From the NCBI GenBank assembly GCA_043811535.1, contig JBDRNC010000017.1:96001-160000 (forward strand): a DNA stretch of 64,000 bases, written 5' to 3'. Position 1 is the first letter of the stretch. Each line of letters starts with the position of its first letter. Of this stretch, positions 28,806 to 38,322 are shown piece by piece. Under the pieces are notes generated by a model. The model made no database searches, was not told the origin of the DNA, and saw only the letters and a list, made by a program, of their open reading frames with translations. Made by a program: the position numbers and the translations under genes. Source of the stretch: Elusimicrobiota bacterium (lineage in GTDB: Bacteria; Elusimicrobiota; Endomicrobiia; Endomicrobiales; JBDRNC01).

Positions 28806-30391
28806 TGGTTAATCCTTAAAGATAGATTTTGAGGGAAATTCTGAATCTTTTCAAATATTATTTCTTTTATCTTTGATGCCTGCTCTAATTTAAACAAGTA
28901 AGAAAGGCCTAAATAGACAACCGTGCCCAATGCGCATGCTATGCCGATTTTTCCGGTCTGGCTTACGGCGGAATAAGCGATCAATGTGTCAAACCATGAA
29001 TAAAAATAGTACATTACCGCGCCTGAAACAAGCGACAAGAAGAAGAAAACCGTCAAGGATTTAAGTATTGAAAGCCCGTGCATGTTCTTAAGGCGTTTTT
29101 TAATGATTGAATAGTACACGAATAGGGTCAGCATGCTTCCGGTGGAAGCAGACAAAGCTATTCCTGCAGCCGGAGGATTCACAAGTTTTATGAATATAAA
29201 ATTGAACAGCACGTTCATGGCTGTGCTTAGTACGGTAAAAAAGAAAAGAACTTTCATGTCCTGAAAAACAAATATAATCCTTTGCATGATAGCTACAGCG
29301 TAGCTGAAGAAAAGCTGTATCGTAAGGCAAATGAAGATAATCGAAGTAAGGTTGGTTGCTTCGGCGCCGAACGCTCCGCGCTGAAAAAGGGCTTTGATTG
29401 CAGGTTTAGCGAATATTATCATAGTTGTGGCAAGCGGGATATATATGAAACCCGACATTTTTATGCTTGACGCAAAAGTATGTTTCAACTCGTCAATCTT
29501 GTTCTCCGCTGCCTGCATAGAAAAGAACGGAAATAGAACGGTTAAAAGCGATGTGGAAATAAGAGTTGACGGGATAAGCAGAAGCTTCTCAGCGTATGAT
29601 ATCGCAGCGATACTGCCTTGCGGAAGCCAGGAAGCCATAACTCTATTTATTATCGGAGTTAGCCCGCTGATTAGGGACAGAATGATTATTATACCCGCGA
29701 ACCTGGCGGTTTTTATCAAGCCGGGATGCTTCAAATCAAGGGTAAACGTGTATTTAAAGCCCGATGCTTTTATGCAAAACGCGAGTATCAGCAGCTGAAT
29801 CAGGAGCCCTATCGCAAGCCCCCAGGCAAAAACGAATACACCCCAGCGCTTTGAGAAAAACACTATCAGTGTCATCGTAGAAAGAGTCACGAAAAGCTGG
29901 GACACTGACGGCCAGAAAAACCGCTGATTGGAATTCAGCACACTGGTAAGTATCGTGATAATTCCGCTGAAAACAGCCGTAACGCAAAGGATTTTCATCA
30001 AGCTGGCGGTGACAAACGAAGTCGACGGGTCAAAACCGCGGAATCCGTAGCTTACGATATTCCCCGCTCCGAGGAAAATAACCAGCGCTGTGACAGACAG
30101 GAAGATCAATGCGAAATTCAGCATTATACTTGTCATCCTGTCGGCTTCTTGAGGATTATTTTCGTGTTTGTAGCGGACAAATATCGGAATGAAAACAAGC
30201 GTAAATATGGATATCATCATCGCCGATATATAATTCGGTATAGTCAGAGCCGCGTTGAACGCGTCCATGGACCTGGTTATCCCGAAATACTTGGCCGCGA
30301 GCATCTCTTTGCCCATACTCAAAAGATTCCCGAGCACGCTGATTATTATCAGTATGAAAGATGCTTTGGCGATTTTTCTGTTAGTGCTCAT
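28802..30391 (-). CDS. MurJ/MviN-family (MOP) lipid-linked glycan flippase
   Basis: Many predicted TM helices; KEMLAAKYFG...DAFNAA, ASWLPQGSIAAISYA, LFQRGAF. Confidence 0.85.
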   Translation of the reverse strand: MSTNRKIAKASFILIIISVLGNLLSMGKEMLAAKYFGITRSMDAFNAALTIPNYISAMMISIFTLVFIPIFVRYKHENNPQEADRMTSIMLNFALIFLSVTALVIFLGAGNIVSYGFRGFDPSTSFVTASLMKILCVTAVFSGIITILTSVLNSNQRFFWPSVSQLFVTLSTMTLIVFFSKRWGVFVFAWGLAIGLLIQLLILAFCIKASGFKYTFTLDLKHPGLIKTARFAGIIIILSLISGLTPIINRVMASWLPQGSIAAISYAEKLLLIPSTLISTSLLTVLFPFFSMQAAENKIDELKHTFASSIKMSGFIYIPLATTMIIFAKPAIKALFQRGAFGAEATNLTSIIFICLTIQLFFSYAVAIMQRIIFVFQDMKVLFFFTVLSTAMNVLFNFIFIKLVNPPAAGIALSASTGSMLTLFVYYSIIKKRLKNMHGLSILKSLTVFFFLSLVSGAVMYYFYSWFDTLIAYSAVSQTGKIGIACALGTVVYLGLSYLFKLEQASKIKEIIFEKIQNFPQNLSLRINQ

Positions 30392-31080
30392 TGATTCTTG
30401 AGAAACTTTCCGGCCGAAATATACCTTTCAGCCGTACCGATATCGATAAAATCATTTTCAGTTGCTACTCCGTAAATCTTTTCCGAAGCTGTAAACACGT
30501 CGTGTTCAAGAGAAAGGCTCTTGCAGGCAGGCAGCGCGGTCAGGGCATTTTTGGAGAACACATAAACCCCGGCATTAACCAGTCCGGATCCGGATGAATG
30601 ACGTTTTTCGGCGAATCCGGTTATTCTTGAATTGTTATTCAGCGATATACTCCCGTAATCCGCGGTATTTTCCGCCCTGCTAAGTAAAATAGTTATTTCA
30701 GCGTTTTTTAAAAGATGAAAATTCAAAATCACTTCAAGCCGTTCAAAACATATTGAGTCCCCGTTCAATACGAAGAACGGGTCGCTTTTAATCAAGGGTT
30801 CAGCAAGTTTAAGGGCTCCGGCGGTCCCGAGAGGCTCTTTTTCTTCGGAAATGATTATTTCGGCACCCATATCCTTCCCGGCATAGTATTTCCTTATAAA
30901 TCCTGACATGAATCCGGTGGACAGGATGATCTGTTTTATCCCGTTATCTACCAAGTTGAATATCAGATAATCAAGAAAAGGTTTTCCCGCAACTTCTGCC
31001 ATCGGCTTCGGCCTGTCCGAGACAACGCTGTGAAGCCTTGTGCCTTTTCCTCCGCAAAGAATTACGCCCGTGATATTCAT
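30388..31080 (-). CDS. hddC: Sugar-1-phosphate nucleotidyltransferase, HddC-like heptose-1-P guanylyltransferase
   Basis: ILCGGKGTRL...PKPMAEVAGKPFL, EPLGTAGA, NGDS, NAGVY, SLE, FIDIG. Start at 31080 or 31095. Confidence 0.72.
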   Translation of the reverse strand: MNITGVILCGGKGTRLHSVVSDRPKPMAEVAGKPFLDYLIFNLVDNGIKQIILSTGFMSGFIRKYYAGKDMGAEIIISEEKEPLGTAGALKLAEPLIKSDPFFVLNGDSICFERLEVILNFHLLKNAEITILLSRAENTADYGSISLNNNSRITGFAEKRHSSGSGLVNAGVYVFSKNALTALPACKSLSLEHDVFTASEKIYGVATENDFIDIGTAERYISAGKFLKNQ

Positions 31081-31117
31081 TTCTATGCTGTTCATCAGAG
31101 AATTGTAAAGCGTACGG

Positions 31118-32143
31118 TCAATTTTTTCGGGCCAGCAGGAATATTTCGCCCCCTTTTCCTTTTCTGAACATGCTGAAATACACCGAAAGAGGGGCTGAGA
31201 CGGGAAGCGCGACAAGCCATGCCGCCGTTCGTATCACCTGCACAATAAATTTCCTTAAGGGTTTTCCGGCCGGAATCGATTTTTCCTTACTGTCACTGTT
31301 TCCCGTCCGCGCGGCGAGCTCATCCATCGAATACCTTGCGGAGTAATCCGGCGTATGGCCGAGAATTATGCGTCTGAGTAAGAACACGGTGTTTTTGATA
31401 GCTTTATTCAAAGGGATTCCAAGAAGCTGATTGTAGATAGGAGTGGCGGTCATAGGGGTTTTCTTAAGCATTATTACTTCGAATCCCTCCCTGAGCATGA
31501 AATCAGTCAGAGACCTGTCGTCCCACCTTGTCAGATGGTGCGGCGGGAAGTCCCAATCTTCCCTTCTTCCGAAGAAAATTGGCCTTTTCCTGTTGGGCAC
31601 ATTCAAGGCGATATAGCCCTCTTTATTCAACATGTCTTTGCAGATATCAATTATTCCCGCGGGATTTGCCTGATGTTCAAGGAACCCGAAAAGAGTTATA
31701 ACGTCAAACTTCCTGTCTATATGCTTTTCATGAAAATATTCCAGAGTTGCCGCGTGAAGGTCGCTCAGGTTGAACCTGGACCTCGCGATATCCAGCTGTT
31801 TGTCGCTGAAATCTATACCGGCGCAGATAAAGCCGTGTTTGTCCGCGTGGAAAAGAAAATTGCCGAAGCCGCATCCGACATCGAGCAGTTTTAGATTCTT
31901 CGGGAAATTATAGCGAAAGAACGGGGCGACCCGGCTGTTCAATTTATCGGTAAAAGGATTGTCCGATTCCCTGTAAAACTCGCTTTTCTTATACCATTCA
32001 GGCCCGGGATTCCTCATCGGATCCGCGAATTCAATACCGCATGAACTGCACAGGCGGATGTCGTAGGAAATCCGCTCTATAGGTTCATTAAAGCGTTCTA
32101 TGAATTTTATATCTGCTTCAGCCGCGCATATCGGGCATTTCAT
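31118..32143 (-). CDS. Class I SAM methyltransferase with N-terminal Zn ribbon
   Basis: CPIC...CSSC; LLDVGCGFG; FLEH; DFPPHHLTRW; paralogue of 2653-3651. Confidence 0.88.
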   Translation of the reverse strand: MKCPICAAEADIKFIERFNEPIERISYDIRLCSSCGIEFADPMRNPGPEWYKKSEFYRESDNPFTDKLNSRVAPFFRYNFPKNLKLLDVGCGFGNFLFHADKHGFICAGIDFSDKQLDIARSRFNLSDLHAATLEYFHEKHIDRKFDVITLFGFLEHQANPAGIIDICKDMLNKEGYIALNVPNRKRPIFFGRREDWDFPPHHLTRWDDRSLTDFMLREGFEVIMLKKTPMTATPIYNQLLGIPLNKAIKNTVFLLRRIILGHTPDYSARYSMDELAARTGNSDSKEKSIPAGKPLRKFIVQVIRTAAWLVALPVSAPLSVYFSMFRKGKGGEIFLLARKN

Positions 32144-32211
32144 AAATACGATTGTAAGATTAGAAGATTGAAAAATTTAAAATTGGCAAACCACTTCACC
32201 AGATAAATACC

Positions 32212-33354
32212 TCAAACGAATTTTCGGTAAATAGTCTCATACTGCTCCGCAACCTTTTCGATCGAAAAGCCCTGCTCGATAAAAGACCTTGCTTTTCCCC
32301 CCAGTCCGGCGCTTTTCTCTTTTTGAGATAATAAGGTTCGAAGCGCATTGAGGAGCGCATCGGAGTTTTTGGGCTCAACCAAAAGGCCGTTTTCACCGTC
32401 GCGGATTATTTCGGATACTCCGCCTATGTTAGTCGAGACACATGCTAATCCGCAGGACATCGCCTCCAATAGGGAGTTTGGTAGGCCCTCTCCGAATGAC
32501 GGCAGGATGAATACATCGCCTGCCCTGAGGTAATCCGCGGTATTCTCTTTCCATCCCAAAAAGGAAACAGAATCAACGTTGCCGTATTGTTTTTTTAGCG
32601 GGGCTTCTAAAGAGCCCGTCCCTATCAGTATAAGGCGGATATCCCGCATTTCCTTGCGCAGGCGTTCCCATGTTTCAAGTAGCACCTCAATACCCTTACC
32701 GTTTTCGAACCTTCCGGAATAAATGACTATTCTTTCATTTAGCGACAAGCCCAAACGTTGCCTGAGCCCGGATTTCTCGTCGCGGTCCGCAGGTCTGAAT
32801 TCCGATGTGTCCACTCCGTTGGGTATTATACTGATCTTGTCGTCCGGAAATCCGGCTGTTAAGAGTTCGCCCCTGATTTCCTTGCTTGGGCAGACGAAAT
32901 GGCTCATATTATTTCTTATGAAACCGAGTTTTTGATTTCCGTGTAATGTGGAAAGAGAGGTGTGAATATCGCCTGTTTTTCTGCTTCCGCCGAATTTCAA
33001 TATTACGGGCTTTTTGTACAGTCTGGAAATGATTCCGGCAAGCACGGCGGGAGCAGAAGCAAGGTGGACATGCAAAATATCGAAATTGTCTAAATTCTTC
33101 CTGAGCCAGAAAAAACCGGATAAAACGTAGCCTAATGAGCCAATCCTGTTCTTCAGGGGTATTCCCTGGCGGAAAATGGGCAAACCACCGTACTCATCAG
33201 CCGCTTTTAGACCCGGAAGAAGCTGGGTCAAAACAAAAATCTGATTGTTTTTTCGGGCTAATTCTTTAGACAAGCGGTAGCATTGCAGCTCCGTACCGCC
33301 TTGAATAGGATAAAAACGCGAAATTAGCATTCCTATCCTGAATTTTCTGTCCAT
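32212..33354 (-). CDS. Glycosyltransferase family 4
   Basis: GGTE, IPNGVD, EGLPNSLLEAM, GENGLLV. Confidence 0.92.
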   Translation of the reverse strand: MDRKFRIGMLISRFYPIQGGTELQCYRLSKELARKNNQIFVLTQLLPGLKAADEYGGLPIFRQGIPLKNRIGSLGYVLSGFFWLRKNLDNFDILHVHLASAPAVLAGIISRLYKKPVILKFGGSRKTGDIHTSLSTLHGNQKLGFIRNNMSHFVCPSKEIRGELLTAGFPDDKISIIPNGVDTSEFRPADRDEKSGLRQRLGLSLNERIVIYSGRFENGKGIEVLLETWERLRKEMRDIRLILIGTGSLEAPLKKQYGNVDSVSFLGWKENTADYLRAGDVFILPSFGEGLPNSLLEAMSCGLACVSTNIGGVSEIIRDGENGLLVEPKNSDALLNALRTLLSQKEKSAGLGGKARSFIEQGFSIEKVAEQYETIYRKFV

Positions 33355-33365
33355 ATCAGAGATTG

Positions 33366-33394
33366 ATTATACTAAATTTCTTTTTGTTTTTCAA
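33366..33394 (-). promoter_or_regulatory. Sigma70-type promoter ahead of the GT4 gene (internal glycan-cluster promoter)
   Basis: Minus strand TTGAAA-17 bp-TATAAT, ending 11 nt before ATG 33354. Confidence 0.6.
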
Positions 33395-34349
33395 TCCGAA
33401 TTAGTTCGGAAAGGGTGATCTTTTCCTTGATAAGGCTGCGGATTCCCCAGAATGAGATGGTCAGCAACTGCAGTATATGAAGAGTTAGGATAAAGCCGAA
33501 AGCGAGATTCTTGTCTACATTAAGAATCGATAAAGACATTACTCCAAGGAACTCAACGGTTCCCACGTAACCGGGCGCCGGAGGCAGTATGGCGCCCATC
33601 CCGATGATAATCATCACAAAAAGCATCTGGAAATAGTTCAAGCCCATGTGAAAGGCGATGTTCATCAGGTAAAAAACAAATCCTTCTATTGACCATACGC
33701 ACAGGGAAAGGACAAAAACTGTTACCAGTCCTTTTACATTGCCGAATATTTGCAGGCCTTTGATGAAATTCCCGAAGAAATGGAGGATTTTTTCCGAAAA
33801 CCGCTTGGGCATAGGAATGCGGGACATGATTCTCATCGCGTATTCCTGATGACGCGTCATGAAGAAAAGGGCCGTTATGACGGCCAGAAACAGGATTCCT
33901 CCCGCGAAAAATGATTTTTTCGCCGTTTCGGGGAACGGCAGGAACATCACAGTCAAAAGGAAAAGCGTCACAAAAGTCAGCCCGTCGAATAATCTTTCCA
34001 CGACAACCGTGGCAAGCACTCCGCTGCGCGATATTTTGAACTTGTTGCCCGTGATATACGCCCGTATTAATTCCCCCAGCCTCAAGGGAAGCAGGTTGTT
34101 CATGAAGAAACCCAGGATCAGGTAGGAAAACAGCTTGAAAGGGCTTACGGATAGGATTGGAGAAATCAGTTGTTTCCACCTGAAACTCCTGACTAAAAAC
34201 GCTGAAGAATACACCACCATTATGATAGCTATCCAAAGCGGATTTATCTGGCGCATGTAGGATAGAGTATTGGCGAAATCTATCTGCCTGAGCGTCAGAA
34301 AAAGAAAAACCGCGCCGATAATAATACCGAAAATGAACCTTTTTTTCAT
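33372..34349 (-). CDS. Lysylphosphatidylglycerol synthase TM-domain (UPF0104) flippase-like membrane protein
   Basis: RSFRW, NNLLPLRLGELIR, VVERLFD, PPAPGYVGT. Confidence 0.85.
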   Translation of the reverse strand: MKKRFIFGIIIGAVFLFLTLRQIDFANTLSYMRQINPLWIAIIMVVYSSAFLVRSFRWKQLISPILSVSPFKLFSYLILGFFMNNLLPLRLGELIRAYITGNKFKISRSGVLATVVVERLFDGLTFVTLFLLTVMFLPFPETAKKSFFAGGILFLAVITALFFMTRHQEYAMRIMSRIPMPKRFSEKILHFFGNFIKGLQIFGNVKGLVTVFVLSLCVWSIEGFVFYLMNIAFHMGLNYFQMLFVMIIIGMGAILPPAPGYVGTVEFLGVMSLSILNVDKNLAFGFILTLHILQLLTISFWGIRSLIKEKITLSELIRIEKQKEI

Positions 34350-36430
34350 TATTTATCCTTATTGAATGGCAGTCTTTTTAATATCATATCAATATCCGGT
34401 ATTTTTGTCAAAAAGCCTGCGAAAAATGTCCAGGATAACAAAAGAAATATTGAAACAAGCGTAATATACAGTCCCATGAGCCATGCGGCCGGGTGGAAAT
34501 ACATGTAAATCCTCTTGTCATTATAGTATTCGCCCGGAGGCAGAAAGACGGCCCTTAGCGACATGTTGCCGGTATAGATCTGATATTTTTTTCTGTCCGC
34601 GTATACGGACCATCCCGGATAATAGATTTCACTGAACAGGACTGTTCCGCCCGAAGGCAGCAAAACTTCGGAAGTGAGCTTATCCGTGCCGGATGAATAG
34701 GATAATATCCTTCCTGACAGGTTCAGGAGAGGAAAATCCTGCGGGACCGCCGTCACAAGTAAAATCTCGTTCGGCGCGAATTTCGTGTTATTCAGGAATT
34801 CAAGCTGATCCGGATGGTATTCAAAATTCTTTTCGGGATTGGGTATGACGGCCAGTTTTTTCGGTAAAAATACGCGGGGCAGAGGATTTGCCGCCCTGTA
34901 TAAAGTAATTCCGCTAGGAAGCGACGCCTGGATTCTGAAATTCCTTAATTTCTGCGAAGTGATATAGTACCCGACGGAAAGCCCTTTTGACATCGGTGAA
35001 AGCAGGTCAATTCTCGCCAATCCGGTGGGCCCCATCACCTTCTTTTCCTGGAAGCCGAGATAATGCACGTACTTTTTGAGAAAAATCGCCTCGTACCCGT
35101 TGACATTGTATTGATGGTACATCATGGCCTTGTCTGACTGCAGTTTGTCGGGCTCCGTGGCGATTCTATATACAGGGTTGATATACGCCCCCAATTCGCT
35201 TTTATTTTTATAAGCAGTCATGTCCTGGGAGTATATGAACTTATCGTGCCACCAAAAAAGATCAAAAACAATCAGGAATATTAAAACAATTTTTATAGGA
35301 TTTTTAAGAATATCCTTTAAATGATCCCACCCGGAAACTGCAAGCAGAATAAAACCAATAAGAGATACGCAGTAGAACCTGGCCGGTACCCTGAGCATGT
35401 CTAATCCGGGAATATTCCGGTATAGAATATCGATACGCGTATAAATACCGGTTGCAAGCAATATTCCCGCGGCCGCCAGCAGGATGTAAAGGTATTTCCC
35501 GCGTTTTACAGACACGTAAATCCCGACTATTGAAAGCAAAAGCGGTATAACGCCGAAATAAAGGCCGTGCCTTTCGAAGAAAAAGGACGCATTGTCCGGA
35601 AAAACGTAGTTACCGTCGACAATATTCCCGAAATAGTTTGGAAGCGCGAGATTAATCAGGTTTTTCAGTGGCAGAGAATAGTATTGCACCAGGGCGGGCC
35701 AGAAACTGTTTTCTATGGACCGGGACAATTGCGCCGTAGGTATAAGCTGCAGCGCGGCGATAAGCAGCGCAAATCCGGCTGAAAGAAAAATCCTCTTTAA
35801 GCCGGCCGGCTGGTATTTAAAAATGAAGAAAAGCGTCAGTACGGCGCCGGCGTAAACCGGCTGAAAATGACCGGATAGGAACAGAAACGCAAATACAAGG
35901 GAAAGAAGAAAAATATATTCCTTTTTTTCCGATCTGCCAACGATATCGGTGAATAGAATTGCTAGCGGAAGCCAGATGAATCCTGATAGCATGACAGGGT
36001 GTCCCGCGGGTATGGTATACAGCATAAACGAAGAAAATGCCCAGGACACGCTTCCGATAAAACAAGCGGTTTCTGAAAATCGCAAATATTTAAGAAGCAG
36101 GTAAGCGAAAATTCCGGCAAGAAATATGTGAATGACATAGAAATAATTGAAAGCCGCGACGAGCGGGAAGATGGAAAATAGAATTGAAAAGGGGTAAAAA
36201 ACCGCGCTCTGAGGATTGGCCAGCAACGGCTGGCCGGCGAAAATATAGGGATTCCATAACGGCATTTTACCTGAAATCAGATGCTCAGACACCAGATGTT
36301 TCAACGGGTAGTAATGAAGGAAAACGTCGCCGAAATTGCCGGCAATGCCAGTTGCCGTAAAAAGAATATTTCTGAAGAAATATACCGTCAATAAAAGAAG
36401 AAATACAAGAAAAACGCTAAATTTTCTCAT
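34349..36430 (-). CDS. YfhO-family GT-C membrane glycosyltransferase
   Basis: D...HYYP, PLWNPYIFAGQPLLANPQSAVFYP, RVPARF, EIYYPGW. Confidence 0.82.
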   Translation of the reverse strand: MRKFSVFLVFLLLLTVYFFRNILFTATGIAGNFGDVFLHYYPLKHLVSEHLISGKMPLWNPYIFAGQPLLANPQSAVFYPFSILFSIFPLVAAFNYFYVIHIFLAGIFAYLLLKYLRFSETACFIGSVSWAFSSFMLYTIPAGHPVMLSGFIWLPLAILFTDIVGRSEKKEYIFLLSLVFAFLFLSGHFQPVYAGAVLTLFFIFKYQPAGLKRIFLSAGFALLIAALQLIPTAQLSRSIENSFWPALVQYYSLPLKNLINLALPNYFGNIVDGNYVFPDNASFFFERHGLYFGVIPLLLSIVGIYVSVKRGKYLYILLAAAGILLATGIYTRIDILYRNIPGLDMLRVPARFYCVSLIGFILLAVSGWDHLKDILKNPIKIVLIFLIVFDLFWWHDKFIYSQDMTAYKNKSELGAYINPVYRIATEPDKLQSDKAMMYHQYNVNGYEAIFLKKYVHYLGFQEKKVMGPTGLARIDLLSPMSKGLSVGYYITSQKLRNFRIQASLPSGITLYRAANPLPRVFLPKKLAVIPNPEKNFEYHPDQLEFLNNTKFAPNEILLVTAVPQDFPLLNLSGRILSYSSGTDKLTSEVLLPSGGTVLFSEIYYPGWSVYADRKKYQIYTGNMSLRAVFLPPGEYYNDKRIYMYFHPAAWLMGLYITLVSIFLLLSWTFFAGFLTKIPDIDMILKRLPFNKDK

Positions 36431-38322
36431 AGCTGGGCCGGTTTCTTAGTTTTCAATATGGCTACCGCTCGAAACAGCATGATTGTCAGGGCTGCTATCG
36501 TGATAAGCAAACCCAGATAAAATGTCCATGGACGGTAAACCTGGTATAATACACGCCGTCCTGCGGGGACTTCTATTTCCCGGAAAACGCCGCCCCAGAC
36601 ATTAACGGGAAGCTTTTCATTGCCGGAGAATACATGCCATCCCGGATAATAAGTTTCCTTCCATATCAGTTGCTCTGGATTAGAGAAATCGGTTGAGATG
36701 ACTGATTTGCCGGGCGCATCTTCCAATATCGAAGACTTGCCTTCTGAAATCAGTTTGCCTTCCGGTGATACTATTTCATAAATGAGCGGAGACGTATTCC
36801 CGATAAGCTTGAATCCGCGGGTATTGGCGAGAGGTTTCTTGCATATAAAATATTTAACGCCTAAACGCCTGAAATATGGCAGACAATCCTGAGCATTGTC
36901 CTGCTTGTAGCATGTATTAACGAGATTCTCGACGGACGAAACAGTCAAGGGTTCGCCGTAACCGTAAGCATTGGATAAATGATACGGCAGGCTCGTCAGG
37001 CTGTATAGATATCCCCTGGCATTCTGCCAGCCGTCAACGATATTATATCCCGGGACATTTCTGTTCTTTTCAGTTCCGGGACTCAGAATGAACCTGAAGT
37101 TCCGGATATTTAATTGCAGTGCTTTGACCGACTCCGGCTTTTCCGTGAAGAATGAATTTCGCGCAAGTACCTGGTAATTGGAATTTGCCAGCAAAAGTTC
37201 AATCGCTATTAGCAGCGTGAAAATCCCTTTCAAAGGGAATTTATTGATCCCGGCCGCCGCAAGCAATGCTATCCCGGCTACTGCAAGATACATGAATTGA
37301 ACCGGATAACGCATTACCTTGAAAAAAGGGATAGTGTTATAGAGATAAGCATAGAACGGATTATTGCTTCCAAGCCCTAAAAATACACCCGCAAATACGA
37401 GAAAAAAGGCAAAAATAACGCGCCGATTACGGAATGACTTCAATGCTCCCAGTACAGCAAAGAATAAAGCAAAAATACCTACGTTAAATGTATTTGTCCA
37501 TGAAAAATGCTCTCCCGCGAGGATAGGCGCATCGGATGGCCTCAAGAAAGGATTCAACAAGCGGAAGATGTCGGCCGGCTTTACCGAATTTATCGTGGCT
37601 ATGGTAAAATCAATTCCTTCTTTCGCTCGTGCCGAGAGTTTTACAAGTTCATGAGTGGGGAGCAACTGAACTGAGACTATGGCGGAAAAGACAACAAATG
37701 CCAATAAGAACGGGAGCAGTCTTTTTCTGAAATTATCCGTCTCAAAAATGAAGAACAAGAGTAATATGAAGAGCTGTAAGAAAAACATCTGGTGCCCGCC
37801 TAAAAAAGCGGCCGAAAGCGTAAACGCGAGAAGAACGGGGTTGCGAATAAGCAAAAGCAGGAAGAAAATCCAGATATCGACGCTTAAATGGCTTAAAAAC
37901 TCCATTCTTGTGATGAGATATCCGTTAAAGGCGAAAACAAACATCATAGCCGCTGATCCGCTCTTCGTAAAGCCGCACTTTTTTCCGAATAAATAGGCGG
38001 ATAGACCGGCGAGAAATATGTGGAATAAATGAAATGCTTTCAGCGCGGCGGAAAAATCAAATAGATAAAAAAGCAGGGAAAACGGATAGAATACGGCTGA
38101 TTGCCAATTGGCCATAAGGGGCATCCCGCAAAAAGCGTACGGATTCCATAACGGTATTTCCCCTTTTTGGACAGCTTCGGAGCAAAGAACCTTCCATGGA
38201 TGGAAAAGATACGTGATATCCCGTAAGAAAAATGTTTCACCGAGAAGAATATTCCGCGAAAAGAAAAGAAGGATAATTGCCGCGAAGATGAAAATAAAAA
38301 TATTATCGGATTTTTTTATCAT
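36427..38322 (-). CDS. YfhO-family GT-C membrane glycosyltransferase
   Basis: RDITYLFHP, PLWNPYAFCGMPLMANWQSAVFYP, RYPVQF, ETYYPGW. Confidence 0.82.
   Translation of the reverse strand: MIKKSDNIFIFIFAAIILLFFSRNILLGETFFLRDITYLFHPWKVLCSEAVQKGEIPLWNPYAFCGMPLMANWQSAVFYPFSLLFYLFDFSAALKAFHLFHIFLAGLSAYLFGKKCGFTKSGSAAMMFVFAFNGYLITRMEFLSHLSVDIWIFFLLLLIRNPVLLAFTLSAAFLGGHQMFFLQLFILLLFFIFETDNFRKRLLPFLLAFVVFSAIVSVQLLPTHELVKLSARAKEGIDFTIATINSVKPADIFRLLNPFLRPSDAPILAGEHFSWTNTFNVGIFALFFAVLGALKSFRNRRVIFAFFLVFAGVFLGLGSNNPFYAYLYNTIPFFKVMRYPVQFMYLAVAGIALLAAAGINKFPLKGIFTLLIAIELLLANSNYQVLARNSFFTEKPESVKALQLNIRNFRFILSPGTEKNRNVPGYNIVDGWQNARGYLYSLTSLPYHLSNAYGYGEPLTVSSVENLVNTCYKQDNAQDCLPYFRRLGVKYFICKKPLANTRGFKLIGNTSPLIYEIVSPEGKLISEGKSSILEDAPGKSVISTDFSNPEQLIWKETYYPGWHVFSGNEKLPVNVWGGVFREIEVPAGRRVLYQVYRPWTFYLGLLITIAALTIMLFRAVAILKTKKPAQL

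Noticed and set aside
33553..34236. 227-aa minus-strand ORF in an alternative frame
   Set aside because: Fully nested in the UPF0104 gene, which carries the family motifs; its own sequence has no recognisable features.
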